A DNA stretch of 63,610 nt, filler included, from Octopus bimaculoides (lineage: Eukaryota): the NCBI RefSeq assembly GCF_001194135.2. It is 6 parts of 6 records of this genome, joined end to end, with 100 filler letters (N's around TTAATTAATTAA, not from the genome) between each part and the next. Parts side by side here need not be neighbours in the genome. Positions count along the whole stretch, not along the records: positions 1 to 15,721 come from NC_068983.1; 5 more parts are not named here. One strand, given 5' to 3'. Position 1 is the first letter of the stretch. Each line of letters begins with the position of its first letter. Below, piece after piece: positions 1 to 10,654 of the stretch. The notes under the pieces were generated by a model. That model made no database searches and had not been told where the DNA came from. It saw only the letters and a program-made list of their open reading frames with translations. The position numbers were made by a program, and so were the translations under genes.

Positions 1-528
1 GTGTGTGTGTGTGTGTGTGTGTGAGTGTGTGCGTGCGTGCGTGTGTGTGTGTCTGTGTGTATAACTGCGTTTGTGTGTGTTTGTATGTGTGTGTTTATAT
101 TTGTGTTTGTATCTGTTTGAGTTTGTGTGTGTGTGTGTTTGTGTATGTATGTTTGAGTTTGTGTGTGTATTTGCGATTGTGTCTGTGTTTGTGTGTGTAT
201 TTGAGCTTATGTGTTTGTGTCTGTGTGTGTGTGTGTGTGTTTGTGTTTGTGTGTGTATGTGTGTGTTTGTGTGTTTGTGTGTGTATGTTTGTGTGTTTGT
301 GTGTGTATGTTTATATTTTTGTGTGTGTTTGAGTTTACGTGTTTGTGCGTGTGTTTATCCGTGTGTTTGTGGGTGTTTATCCGTGTGTGTGTGTGTGTGT
401 TTTTATCCGTATTTGTGTGCGCGTTTATCCGTGCGTGTGTGTTTATCTGTGCATGTATGTGTCTATCTGTGTGTGTGTGTTTATCCGTGTGTGTGTGTGT
501 GTATCCGTGTGTGTACGTGTTTGTGTTT
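1..528. repeat. Degenerate (GT)n-based simple repeat with GTTTATCCGT variant units
   Basis: Read directly from the sequence. It produces the spurious V/C-rich ORFs at 3-555. Confidence 0.95.
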
Positions 529-1560
529 GTAGGAAAAATACAATGTGGAATGTGACTATATACGTGAATGATTCAAACTTAAAAACAAAGAACAGAAGAG
601 CGTACATAAGTATAATAACTAATTTATGAGGTGATGCAGATGAGAATTTAACGTTTCGGACAAAGTCCTTCGTTAAGAACAGAAATGATGAAAGGAAGAA
701 ACGAAAAACGAAAATAACGTTGGTTTTGGTGAAAGAACCCAGTAAATGGTAGCACAGTAATTGGTAGAGCAACAAATATGCAGACTTGCATTTTGCAAGG
801 GAAATAAGTGAGATGAGCTTGATAGAATTTTAAGGGGTTACCGAATAGTTTATGTATGTGTATATATCGATGTGCATGAGAATGTTGTGCAAGTGTATGC
901 ATGTCTGTGTGCTCTGGGGAGTGGTATTATGCTCCCCTAACTAAAAAAAATTGTTTAACCCTCAATAAGACAAAAGAATGAAACACATAATAAACATGGA
1001 AACGGAAAAAACTAAACATTTTATTGAATCTGATAAGATTTTTATAACAAACCATACCATTCCTATTAAGGAGGCCAAAAGTCAACAATGTGTTGAAGTA
1101 TTGAATCAAGAGGATCTGACTCTTTTAATCCAATCTCTTGTCGCCCCATAAACTCAATATTTTAGTGGGGAGATGACCCAATTTTTTAATGGTAATTTTT
1201 TAATGGCGGTGAGATAATCAAAAAATACCCAGATGAGTAATGTGAGGTCAGAGAGTATGTGTGTATGTGTGAAAGTGAGAGGTGTTACGTGCAGAAAGGA
1301 AGTTTGTTGGTTTATTTTTGAAAGTGTCACAGGGGAAGGCAATCGTCACTTCACCGTGTTTCACCGGAAAATTAATTACAACTCTCGATGCAAACGAAAA
1401 GCAGAAGATTCATTATTTTGAAAAATGATGCAGCAAACAATACGTATATAGATGTGTTTTGGAGAAATGAATTAACAGACTAAAGACCTGAATGTTCTGG
1501 AGTTGCATCAGCAGATCAATATGAGCTCCTTAAGAAGATAATCCAATCGTCGACCAGTTT

Positions 1561-1947
1561 GTTGTTGTAGGCACTCCGTCGCTTACGACATCGAGGGTTC
1601 CAGTTGATCCGTTCAACGGAACAGCCTGCTCGTGAAATTAACGTGAAAGTGACTGAGCACTCCACAGACACGTGTACCCTTAACGTAGTTCTCGGGGATA
1701 TTCAGCGTGACACAGTGTGACAAGGCTGACCCTTTGAATTACAGGCACAACAGAAACAGAAAGTAAGAGTGAGAGAAAGTTGTGGTGAAAGAATACAGCA
1801 GGGTTCACCACCATCCCCTGCCGGAGCTTCGTGGAGTTTTAGGTATTTTCGCTCAATAAACACTCACAACGCCCGGTCTGGGAATCGAAACTGCGATCCT
1901 ATGACCGCGAGTCCGCTGCCCTAACCACTGGGCCATTGCGCCTCCAC
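1561..1947 (-). mobile_element. Full-length tRNA(Arg)-like-head SINE with a 13-bp target-site duplication
   Basis: Minus-strand head GTGGAGGCGCAA-TGGCCCAGTGG (A box) ... GTTTCGATTCC (B box). Flanked by CGTCGACCAGTTT (1548-1560) and CGTTGACCAGTTT (1948-1960). Ends in a short (AAC)n tail. Confidence 0.9.
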
Positions 1948-1989
1948 CGTTGACCAGTTTATAAACCGCACAATTGATATTTAATGGAA

Positions 1990-2290
1990 TATATGAGATA
2001 TTCTTGGCGGCACAGAGGAAACGGTTGGTTACATGGGAGAATGGCTTAGGTCAGTGTAGGATAGCGTTGTCCTAGTCAAGGGGAATAGTATTGTAACAGG
2101 AGCAGGAAAATGGTTCAGATTTGGTACGATGAGAGACGAAGGAAGCGAGGAACAAAGGCCACAAAGATTGTAGTCATATCTGTAAGGAGAGAGAGAAGAT
2201 AGACAGGGAAAATATAGGTGATTAGAGGAGGTGATAGTTTCAGAAGAGGATGCGCCGGAAAGGTCTGATTACTTCTCAAGTAAATAAGGA
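1990..2290 (-). pseudogene. Possible decayed L2/CR1-group LINE endonuclease fragment
   Basis: Minus translation SETITSSNHLYFPCLSSLSPY...GL only loosely resembles the SETQ-...-L-x-x-P-x-Y region of APE domains. Weak. Confidence 0.25.
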
Positions 2291-2611
2291 AGCCATTATC
2301 ATTCTGTCTCTGCTTGGCACCAAATCATATCATCTGGAAGCCGAAAGGTTAAAGTCTCTCTTAAAAACAGTCTAATCCTTATAGATAGAAGTCCCGACTG
2401 ATTAGCAGGCACATTTAGACATGGACCAACAATTCTATGATTAAGTTCACTGGGTTTGGTCGCCATCTCACATCTCTCCCTCACTTTTGTATTTATCTGT
2501 TTCTCGCTTTATTTGCTTCAAAGTACGTACGCACATACACACATATATTCATAAATACATACACACATACATTCATGCATACATACATACACACATGTAC
2601 ACATACACACA

Positions 2612-2642
<31 letters not shown>

Positions 2643-3061
2643 GTATACAAGGATTTACTTTCTGTTTTCATTGAAATGGTATTTTTGTGCAGGATGGCAT
2701 TTATGTGTCTGTCTGTGTCTATCTGTGTGTGCGCTTGTGTGATGAAGCTCTAGGGTGATATAGAAGCATTCAACTATGCGTGCATTGCATTTTATAGATG
2801 TAGCCGAAACGACTGTAAGCTAATGAAGTGCATGATTTAATTCATTTTTTTTGTTGTCATTTTAATTATTTATATGTGTGTGAATGTGTGTGCGTTGTGC
2901 GAGCACGCTTCTGTATATATGTATATATGTATGTAGGTATGTATGTATGTATGTATTATATGTAAATGCATACATATGTGTGTGTGTGTATGCTTGCGTG
3001 TGTGTTATGTGAATGCATGAATATATTCTTTTCCGTGCGTATATACTTGTACGTTTATATG

Positions 3062-3556
3062 CATGCGAGTGAATGAGTGAGTGAATGAATGAGCGAGTGA
3101 ACGAGCGAGTGAGGGAATGAGCGAGTGAACGAGCGAGTAATTGAGTGAGTGATTGAGTGCGTGAGTGAGTGAGTGAGTGAGTGAGTGAGTGAGTGAGTGA
3201 GTGAGTGAGTGAGTGGAACGAGCGAGTGAGTGGAACGAGCGAGTGAACGAGCGAGTAATTGAGTGAGTGATTGAGTGAGTGAGTGAGTGAGTGAGTGAGT
3301 GAGTGAGTGAACGAGCGAGTGAGGGAATGAGCGAGTGAACGAGTGAGTGATTGAGTGAGTGAGTGAGTGAGTGAGTGAGTGAGTGGAACGAGCGAGTGAG
3401 GGAATGAGCGAATGAACGAGCGAGTAATTGAGTGAGTGATTGAGTGTATGAGTGAGCTAGCGAGCAAGCGAGTGAGTGAGTGAGTGAGTGTGCGAGCGAG
3501 CGAGCGAGTGAGTGAGTGAGTGAGTGAGTGAGTGAGTGAGTGAAAGAGTGAGTGAG
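3062..3556. repeat. (GAGT)n tetranucleotide array with higher-order ~60-bp units
   Basis: The unit GAACGAGCGAGTGAGGGAATGAGCGAGTGAACGAG... recurs near 3098, 3308 and 3386. Confidence 0.9.
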
Positions 3557-4285
3557 GTATTTGGCATACAATGTGAGTGAAATGTCGCTGTGTGACGATG
3601 TTTGTTGCCTGGTGTCATTTGTTGCTGTTTGACCCTTGTCAGCTGACGACACCAAGGCGTCCATTTATTGACAGACAATGGAATCGCAAAAATCAGAAAA
3701 CATCAACACATCTGCATTGTTCTTTGCACTAACAATTCCACTCATTGTTTCCACCACAAATACTTATTGTAGAAATGGAACGGTAACAACCGATGATGTT
3801 GTTGCTGTTGTTGTTGTTGTGATTAATGACGTTAAGGTTGTATCTCATGATGGCATAATCATGTAGGCAATTCTTCCGGCTTTCTAAGCTCTGCGTTCAA
3901 ACACCGCCCAGATCTACTTTGCCTGTCACCTATTCGGAATCGAAGGATCAATAACCAAGCTGTTCTTAGTGTTGGGTTGTCGAAATGAATCGATTCGATC
4001 TGATACAGCAGATCCGTTTTTCTTTCTTTTTCTTTTTCTTTTTTCTTTCTTTCGTATTTTTTCTTTTGTTTTTTTTTAACATTTCTACACTGACGTAGAA
4101 ATTACGCTAATTACGAAACCATAATTATCTTGGAGAAGAAATTGATAATTAAACAGTTACTAAGCTTTGAAGACTGAAATTTTGTGGAATATCAGCCAAT
4201 CAGATGCAGTCAAGCTCGAGACACCGGACGTCAGAATTGCCATGTGCTCCAATAACAGGAGACCTCCAGATTGTAGCTGGATCTT

Positions 4286-4382
4286 GTAGAAATAGCAGTT
4301 AAATCTCCCTTAACTCAGAGCCAACGTCTTCAAAACGAAAGGCGTTCGATCGACTTGCTAGAAATAGCAGAGAACTATCTCT
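4286..4382. repeat. Degenerate interspersed repeat (CTAGAAATAGCAG..AAATCTC motif), with related pieces near 10435-10476, 23335-23375 and 38120-38165
   Basis: Similar motifs recur within the window, seen by eye in both orientations. Family not identified. Confidence 0.5.
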
Positions 4383-4493
4383 CACATCACTTCTGGAGGA
4401 GGACTGACATGGGATTAAGCAGCAACGATAATAACAAAAGGTATTTTCACCACCACCACTGCTAGTAGTGGCGGTGATGGTGGTGATGGTGGT

Positions 4494-4495
4494 GT

Positions 4496-4569
<74 letters not shown>
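4494..4569. repeat. (GT)n microsatellite
   Basis: Read directly from the sequence. Confidence 0.95.
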
Positions 4570-4570
<1 letters not shown>

Positions 4571-5209
4571 TAAACTCACCACTACGACTGCTACCACCAC
4601 AACAATAATAACACCACCAACAACAGCCAAAACAACAACCTTCGGATCTGGTATTACAAACCGAAATGATCCGGAAGAAATCGTTAGCGCGTCGGACATG
4701 TTGCTTTACAGAATCTGTAACGTCATCGTAACGACAACGACTTGAAATGATTTTGGTGCCAGGTCGCATTGGTGGCCTGCAAAGGGGAGACAAATACTGC
4801 TAATCCATTAAAAAACAAACCCTTATCCAGGGTCTGTGCCTTAGAAAAGAACTTGCCAGGAGAAGACGGCCCATTGTCTCACGACCTTGGAATGTTGTAC
4901 TCCACTACTTACAAGCATTCCAGATGTGATCATCTCGCCTTCTTTTCAGACTTAGAATTAGGAGTGTGTCAGTACACTTGACCGTTGACCTTTGACCCCC
5001 AAACTGATACAAACTAAATGTCTGCGGAAAATATCTGCGTGGCCAATTAGCAGAGTCCATATCGAATCGGACGGAATGACTCGCAACATTTCTTATATAT
5101 TTATTACTGGTGAAGGGCAGTTTATGGGGTTAGAAGGGTTTTGTCACCATAAAGATAGTCTTTATGGCGAGAAACCCAGGGTAAGCGTACAAACAGGCCT
5201 TCACCAGAA

Positions 5210-5237
<28 letters not shown>

Positions 5238-5240
<3 letters not shown>

Positions 5241-5401
5241 CGACAGGCTTCTTTCAGTTTTCGTCTACAAAATCCACTGACAAGGCTTTGGTCGGCCCGA
5301 AGCTAAAGTAGAAGACACTTGCTCAGGGTGCCGCCCGCACCGTGGGACTGAGCTCGGAACCATGTGGTTGGTAAGCAAGCTACTTACCACACAGCCATCC
5401 C
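5238..5401 (-). mobile_element. 5' half of a tRNA-head SINE with a CORE-like segment
   Basis: Minus strand reads TGGCTGTGTGG (A box) ... GGTTCCGAGCTC (degenerate B box) ... CCCTGAGCAAGTGTCTTCT. A near-identical family copy lies at 50788-50945. Confidence 0.85.
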
Positions 5402-5562
5402 ATGTAAAATTTTATGTAAGTAAAATAAAATATAGAAAACATTGCTCTTTATATAAACAATGCGTTAGAGATAGAAAAAACAAGTGAAATTGTTATGATT
5501 CGAATTCAGTAATGCACCAACAATAGAATGCCTATTTCTAGGGCATCCTTCAAGTACACAAC

Positions 5563-5597
<35 letters not shown>

Positions 5598-5708
5598 ATA
5601 AACACTTATTGCTTACGTATCTGTATAGATGGATGTGTGTATGTATATATATATATGTGTGTGTATGTGTGTGTGTGTATGTATATATGTATATATATAT
5701 ATATATAT

Positions 5709-5762
<54 letters not shown>

Positions 5763-5811
5763 GAAGCACGATTTATTTGTGATTAGAGTTGTTCGAAAAC
5801 CGAGGTACTAC

Positions 5812-5860
<49 letters not shown>

Positions 5861-5899
5861 GCGCGCGCACATATTTATGTATGTATGTATATACATATA

Positions 5900-5940
<41 letters not shown>

Positions 5941-6240
5941 TGTATAAAGGATCGTGGGTAAAGCCAGAACAATGCGAAGTAAATGCAAGGCAAATCACAA
6001 GAAAACAAATATATAGTTTAATGTAGACTTTTCTTGTGAATTNNNNNNNNNNNNNNNNNNNNNNNNNNNNNNNNNNNNNNNNNNNNNNNNNNNNNNNNNN
6101 NNNNNNNNNNNNNNNNNNNNNNNNNNNNNNNNNNNNNNNNNNNNNNNNNNNNNNNNNNNNNNNNNNNNNNNNNNNNNNNNNNNNNNNNNNNNNNNNNNNN
6201 NNNNNNNNNNNNNNNNNNNNNNNNNNNNNNNNNNNNNNNN

Positions 6241-6291
<51 letters not shown>

Positions 6292-6859
6292 GTGCGCGCG
6301 CGCGCTAAAGCACCGTCGATTGCTAAATTTCCAGAAGCCGTAGTATCAAGAGTCATAGACAAACTCCTTTCGTCCTGAGTTCTTGCTGTACTTTAAGGTT
6401 AATTGCAGGGAGTGATTGTACTCACTCTGCCAAACTAAATTATGAGAGAGGTGCGTACTTTAAAAGAGACGGGAGACCGACTGCGATGTCGTTTATACTT
6501 GAAGCGAATTCCTTATCGTTTGTGGCGAGGAAATCTGTTGAATACGTGACTGATTCACAAGAAGACGGAAAAACCAGATTGACACAGAGGAATGCTATGA
6601 AGACGTGCTGTGGCCTAGTTACAGCACTCAGTGGATGTATGGAGAGAGTTTCACGAAGACAAATGGTGGTAATAGATTACAAAACTAAAGAGAACTGCTC
6701 GCCATTGTAGCAGCGTTACTTTCAATGGTCTGATTAATTCTTTGATCGACGAGGAATTTTAGAGATAAATTAGGAAGGATGGAGAACAATCCTATCGTGG
6801 AACTTGTATTATGGAACGCATTAACAGAGAATATAACAAACTTTAAAAATCTCCACCCA

Positions 6860-7112
6860 TCCATCTTCTCCGCCCACTATTCCTTCGGGAGTGGGAGGAG
6901 GTTTTGAGAGTCTCCAGACCCCTCGTCCGAAGGGTTCATTTAGAAGCAACCGCCGCTACACTTTCCGGCAGGAGTCCAAAGCGTGATCAACTGAGATTAT
7001 GGATTGTCCAGTCATCTCGTTCTTGGTCTACCTCTAAACTCCTAACGGTTGGCTCGGCTTGAAGAATGTGGTTAGAATTTCTTTCCTCTGAAATTCTAAC
7101 CACATGCTCATT
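6860..7112 (-). pseudogene. RTE-clade LINE ORF C-terminal remnant
   Basis: Minus translation EHVVRISEERNSNHILQAEPT / RGRPRTR*LDN..., matching the GHVxRM...RxRGRPxxRWxD pattern of RTE C-termini. Contains stops and frameshifts. Confidence 0.8.
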
Positions 7113-7340
7113 GTGTGTGTGTGTGTATGTGTGTGTGTGTGTTGTATTTTTATATTGCATTTTAGCATATGTCTATAAAAAGATTTTCTCTCAGACACAA
7201 ACCACAGCATAATGTCTTCCCTTGTTAAGTATACATTAAGTGTGGTCCACAGTTAATATAAAATAACATAATGCAGTGTCAGTTGCAGGCATCGAGATTT
7301 CATTCAATTCGGCGATCTTTCCGCAGTATCAGTGAATATA

Positions 7341-7506
7341 TCATTCTGTTTCAAACATATCGGAAGGGGAAAATTCCAGCGGAGCAATAGCGACCAGATA
7401 AACGTCATTGACAAGGTCCAAAAGTGCAGAAACGTGTCTGACGTCTTCGTGTGTCATGACCGAGATGATGTCCGCCTCTCTCTGATCTACGTTGTGGTAG
7501 AAATGT
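7341..7506 (-). CDS. Candidate terminal coding exon of an unidentified host gene (phase 2 start, 54 aa)
   Basis: Acceptor aattttctttccag|A, then an open frame HFYHNVDQREADIISVMTHEDVRHVSALLDLVNDVYLVAIAPLEFSPSDMFETE* in non-repetitive, GC-elevated sequence. Protein not recognised. Confidence 0.55.
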
Positions 7507-7519
7507 CTGGAAAGAAAAT

Positions 7520-7686
7520 TTTCTCTCAGATATCGACTCCAGTAGGGACTTATTCTATTGACCCTGAAAGGATGAAAGGCAAAGTTGACCTTGATGGTAT
7601 TTGAACTCAGAACCTGACGACGGACGAAATGCCGTAAAGCATTTTGTCCAGCGTGCTAACAGCGATTCTACCATTTCACTGTCTTA
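7520..7686 (-). mobile_element. Major tRNA-head SINE family, degenerate copy
   Basis: Contains CCCTGAAAGGATGAAAGGCAAAGTTGACC...TTTGAACTCAGAAC, shared by many copies in the window. Confidence 0.85.
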
Positions 7687-7930
7687 ATGAATATTCTTTT
7701 CTACTCTAGGCACAAGGCCCGAAATTTTTTGGGGGGGGGGCAATCGATTAGATCGACCACAGCACGCAACTGGTACTTGATTTATCGACCCCGAAAGGAT
7801 GAAAGGCGAAGTCGACGACGGTGGAATTTGAACTCAGAACGTAATGCCAGACGAAATACCGCTAAGCATTTNNNNNNNNNNCCAGCGTGCTAACAGCGAT
7901 TCTACCATTTCACTGTCTTAATGAATATTC

Positions 7931-8120
7931 TTTTCTACTCTAGGCACAAGGCCCGAAATTTTGGGGGGGGGGGGCAATCGATTAGATCGACCACAGCACG
8001 CAACTGGTACTTGATTTATCGACCCCGAAAGGATGAAAGGCAAAATCGACCTCGGTGGAATTTGAACTTAGAACGTAAAGACAGACGAAATACCGCTAAG
8101 CATTTCGCCCGGCGTGCTAA
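7931..8120 (-). mobile_element. Major SINE family, tail type A, head clipped
   Basis: CTACTCTAGGCACAAGGCCCGAAATTTT tail plus the conserved body. Confidence 0.9.
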
Positions 8121-8361
8121 CTTTTCTTATTTCGTTATTGCCCACAAGGGGCTAAACATAGAGGGGGACAAACAAGGACAGACAAAGGGATTAAGTCGAT
8201 TACATCGACCTCAGTGCGTAACTGGTACTTAATTTATCGACCCCGAAAGGATGAAAGGCGAAGTCGACGACGGTGGAATTTGAACTCAGAACGTAATGCC
8301 AGACGAAATACCGCTAAGCATTTTGCCCAGCATGCTAATGTTTCTGCCAGCTCGCTGCCTT
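8121..8361 (-). mobile_element. Major SINE family, tail type B, full length
   Basis: Head AAGGCAGCGAGCTGGCAGAAAC..., B box GTTCAAATTCC, tail ...GTTTAGCCCCTTGTGGGCAATAA. Confidence 0.9.
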
Positions 8362-8394
8362 AGCCTCACCATGTATTACACACACATAACTCTA

Positions 8395-8618
8395 TCTCTG
8401 TGTCTTTGTGTCGGTGTTTGTCACACTACCTTCAATACCACTTAACAGCAGGTATTGCTTAGCCGACGTATCCTTAACTTAGCAGTTCGGCCAAAGAGAC
8501 CGACAGAGTAAGCACCGGACTTTTTTAACAAATCACAAATTCTGGGGTTGATTCGTTCGCCTAAACACTTCAAGGCGGTGCCCCACCATGGTCGTCGTTC
8601 AATGACTGAAACGAAAGC
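8395..8618 (+). mobile_element. SINE 3' half (probably the same family as 5238-5401); reverse copy at 16268-16470
   Basis: AACTTAGCAGTTCGGCCAAAGAGACCGA...GGCGGTGCCCCACCATGG...ATGACTGAAAC matches the reverse complement of 16268-16470. Linking it to the 5238 family is from recall of the octopus repeat, not shown by overlap here. Confidence 0.7.
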
Positions 8619-8784
8619 CGTCTGACAAAGAAGGACTCCCCTACGTGAAGCGGGTGGGGGCTATGGTGTCCCAGAAAATGATTTAACGACCTTCGCCGTT
8701 TCGTGATATTTGGTCATTCCATACATGGAATATTTCTGGCCGAAATCTTTCTAAATTCTTTAAGTTAATATGTATAGTTATATC

Positions 8785-8826
<42 letters not shown>

Positions 8827-9473
8827 NNNNNNNNNNNNNNNNNNNNNNNNNNNNNNNNNNNNNNNNNNNNNNNNNNNNNNNNNNNNNNNNNNNNNNNNNN
8901 NNNNNNNNNNNNNNNNNNNNNNNNNNNNNNNNNNNNNNNNNNNNNNNNNNNNNNNNNNNNNNNNNNNNNNNNNNNNNNNNNNNNNNNNNNNNNNNNNNNN
9001 NNNNNNNNNNNNNNNNNNNNNNNNNNNNNNNNNNNNNNNNNNNNNNNNNNNNNNNNNNNNNNNNNNNNNNNNNNNNNNNNNNNNNNNNNNNNNNNNNNNN
9101 NNNNNNNNNNNNNNNNNNNNNNNNNNNNNNNNNNNNNNNNNNNNNNNNNNNNNNNNNNNNNNNNNNNNNNNNNNNNNNNNNNNNNNNNNNNNNNNNNNNN
9201 NNNNNNNNNNNNNNNNNNNNNNNNNNNNNNNNNNNNNNNNNNNNNNNNNNNNNNNNNNNNNNNNNNNNNNNNNNNNNNNNNNNNNNNNNNNNNNNNNNNN
9301 NNNNNNNNNNNNNNNNNNNNNNNNNNNNNNNNNNNNNNNNNNNNNNNNNNNNNNNNNNNNNNNNNNNNNNNNNNNNNNNNNNNNNNNNNNNNNNNNNNNN
9401 NNNNNNNNNNNNNNNNNNNNNNNNNNNNNNNNNNNNNNNNNNNNNNNNNNNNNNNNNNNNNNNNNNNNNNNNN

Positions 9474-9511
<38 letters not shown>

Positions 9512-9689
9512 ATATGGCAATAAGAAAATGGAGGGGAATACGAGGTACTCATCAACTTGCAAACACTGTATTCCGTTGATTAATCTGTTTATTTTAGAAC
9601 TAAATTTACAAAAGCACAATATACAGACACTTATGACATACCATGTCATATCAACAATTAATATTTCAAATTTAAAGGACATTGGTTGA

Positions 9690-10055
9690 AATATTATTTT
9701 GAGTCTGTCTTGCCAAGCATTCAAGAGAATTTTGAAGATGTAGAGTTTTGCTTTTCCAACGAGATGGGACACTTCCTCACTATTATATTAATGAAAGGGT
9801 CTACCTTGCTGAGATTTTTGCAAATAGGTGGATTAGACGAAGAGGTTCTGTAGAATACCCTTTGTGCTCACCAGACCTCAGACCACTAGCCTTTTTTATG
9901 GGAACACTCAAAAGATAAAGCGTATGGTACAAAACCGACGAATCAAGAGCAGCCATTGAAAGAGAATTTTTATCAACTACCGAACGAAATGTTTCTTGTT
10001 TTCGAGTAGTGAATGAGGTCACAAAGGTCATTTGTTTGAAAACAAGCGTTCATGG
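9690..10055 (+). pseudogene. Tc1/mariner-superfamily transposase remnant with DD41D spacing (rosa-like)
   Basis: From 9754: FQRDGTLPHYYINERVYLAEIFANRWIRRRGSVEYPLCSPDLRPLA. There are 41 residues between the second D and the position of the third D (now A). Ends GHLFENKR. Contains frameshifts. Confidence 0.85.
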
Positions 10056-10133
10056 AAAAATTAGATTCCCTCGGGAGATTCTATTAAACTTTGAAATCAT
10101 TCAGTGTGTGTATACATTTTGGTAGGGATACCC

Positions 10134-10204
<71 letters not shown>

Positions 10205-10622
10205 TAATTTGTATATTCATTCTTAATGCGCTCCAGCAGAGTCAAACGTGGATATGCTAATCGTTGTTGTGTTTCGTCACTGGAGAATAACATCAGATCC
10301 CATTCCTCCCTTCCTCTCTCTCGTTCCCTCGCTTACACAGGAGCTTATATACAAACATGTATTTTCTCTGACATAAAAAATTCAGGTTAAAATTATTCAA
10401 AGTATTCTTTTTTTAAAGACAATGATATATTATTGAAGAGAGATTTGGCTACCATTACTAGAAAATCAAGTGACTAAATAAAGGCTTTCTTATCAAATCA
10501 ATTAGCTTAAAATTTATGCAAACTGTGTACAGTAACGGGTCAAAACATCCAGGAGATTATCTTGAGAATGGAAATGGGATCTGATAAAGTTACGTAATTT
10601 TCTAGTAAATTTTGTGTGTGTG

Positions 10623-10654
<32 letters not shown>

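Noticed and set aside
3-555. Long V/C-rich ORFs, and similar ORFs throughout the ORF track (HT, YI, LS, poly-L, poly-X)
   Set aside because: They are translations of di-, tri- and tetranucleotide repeats or N gaps and have no coding signature.
1880-1947. tRNA-like sequences here and at 30577-30650 and 34085-34155
   Set aside because: They are SINE heads with A/B boxes but no complete cloverleaf, and they continue into repeat bodies. Not tRNA genes.
4992-5180. Plus-strand open frame ending at CAGG|gtaagc
   Set aside because: No in-frame acceptor or ATG of good quality and no recognisable peptide. The region is better explained by its hairpin structure.
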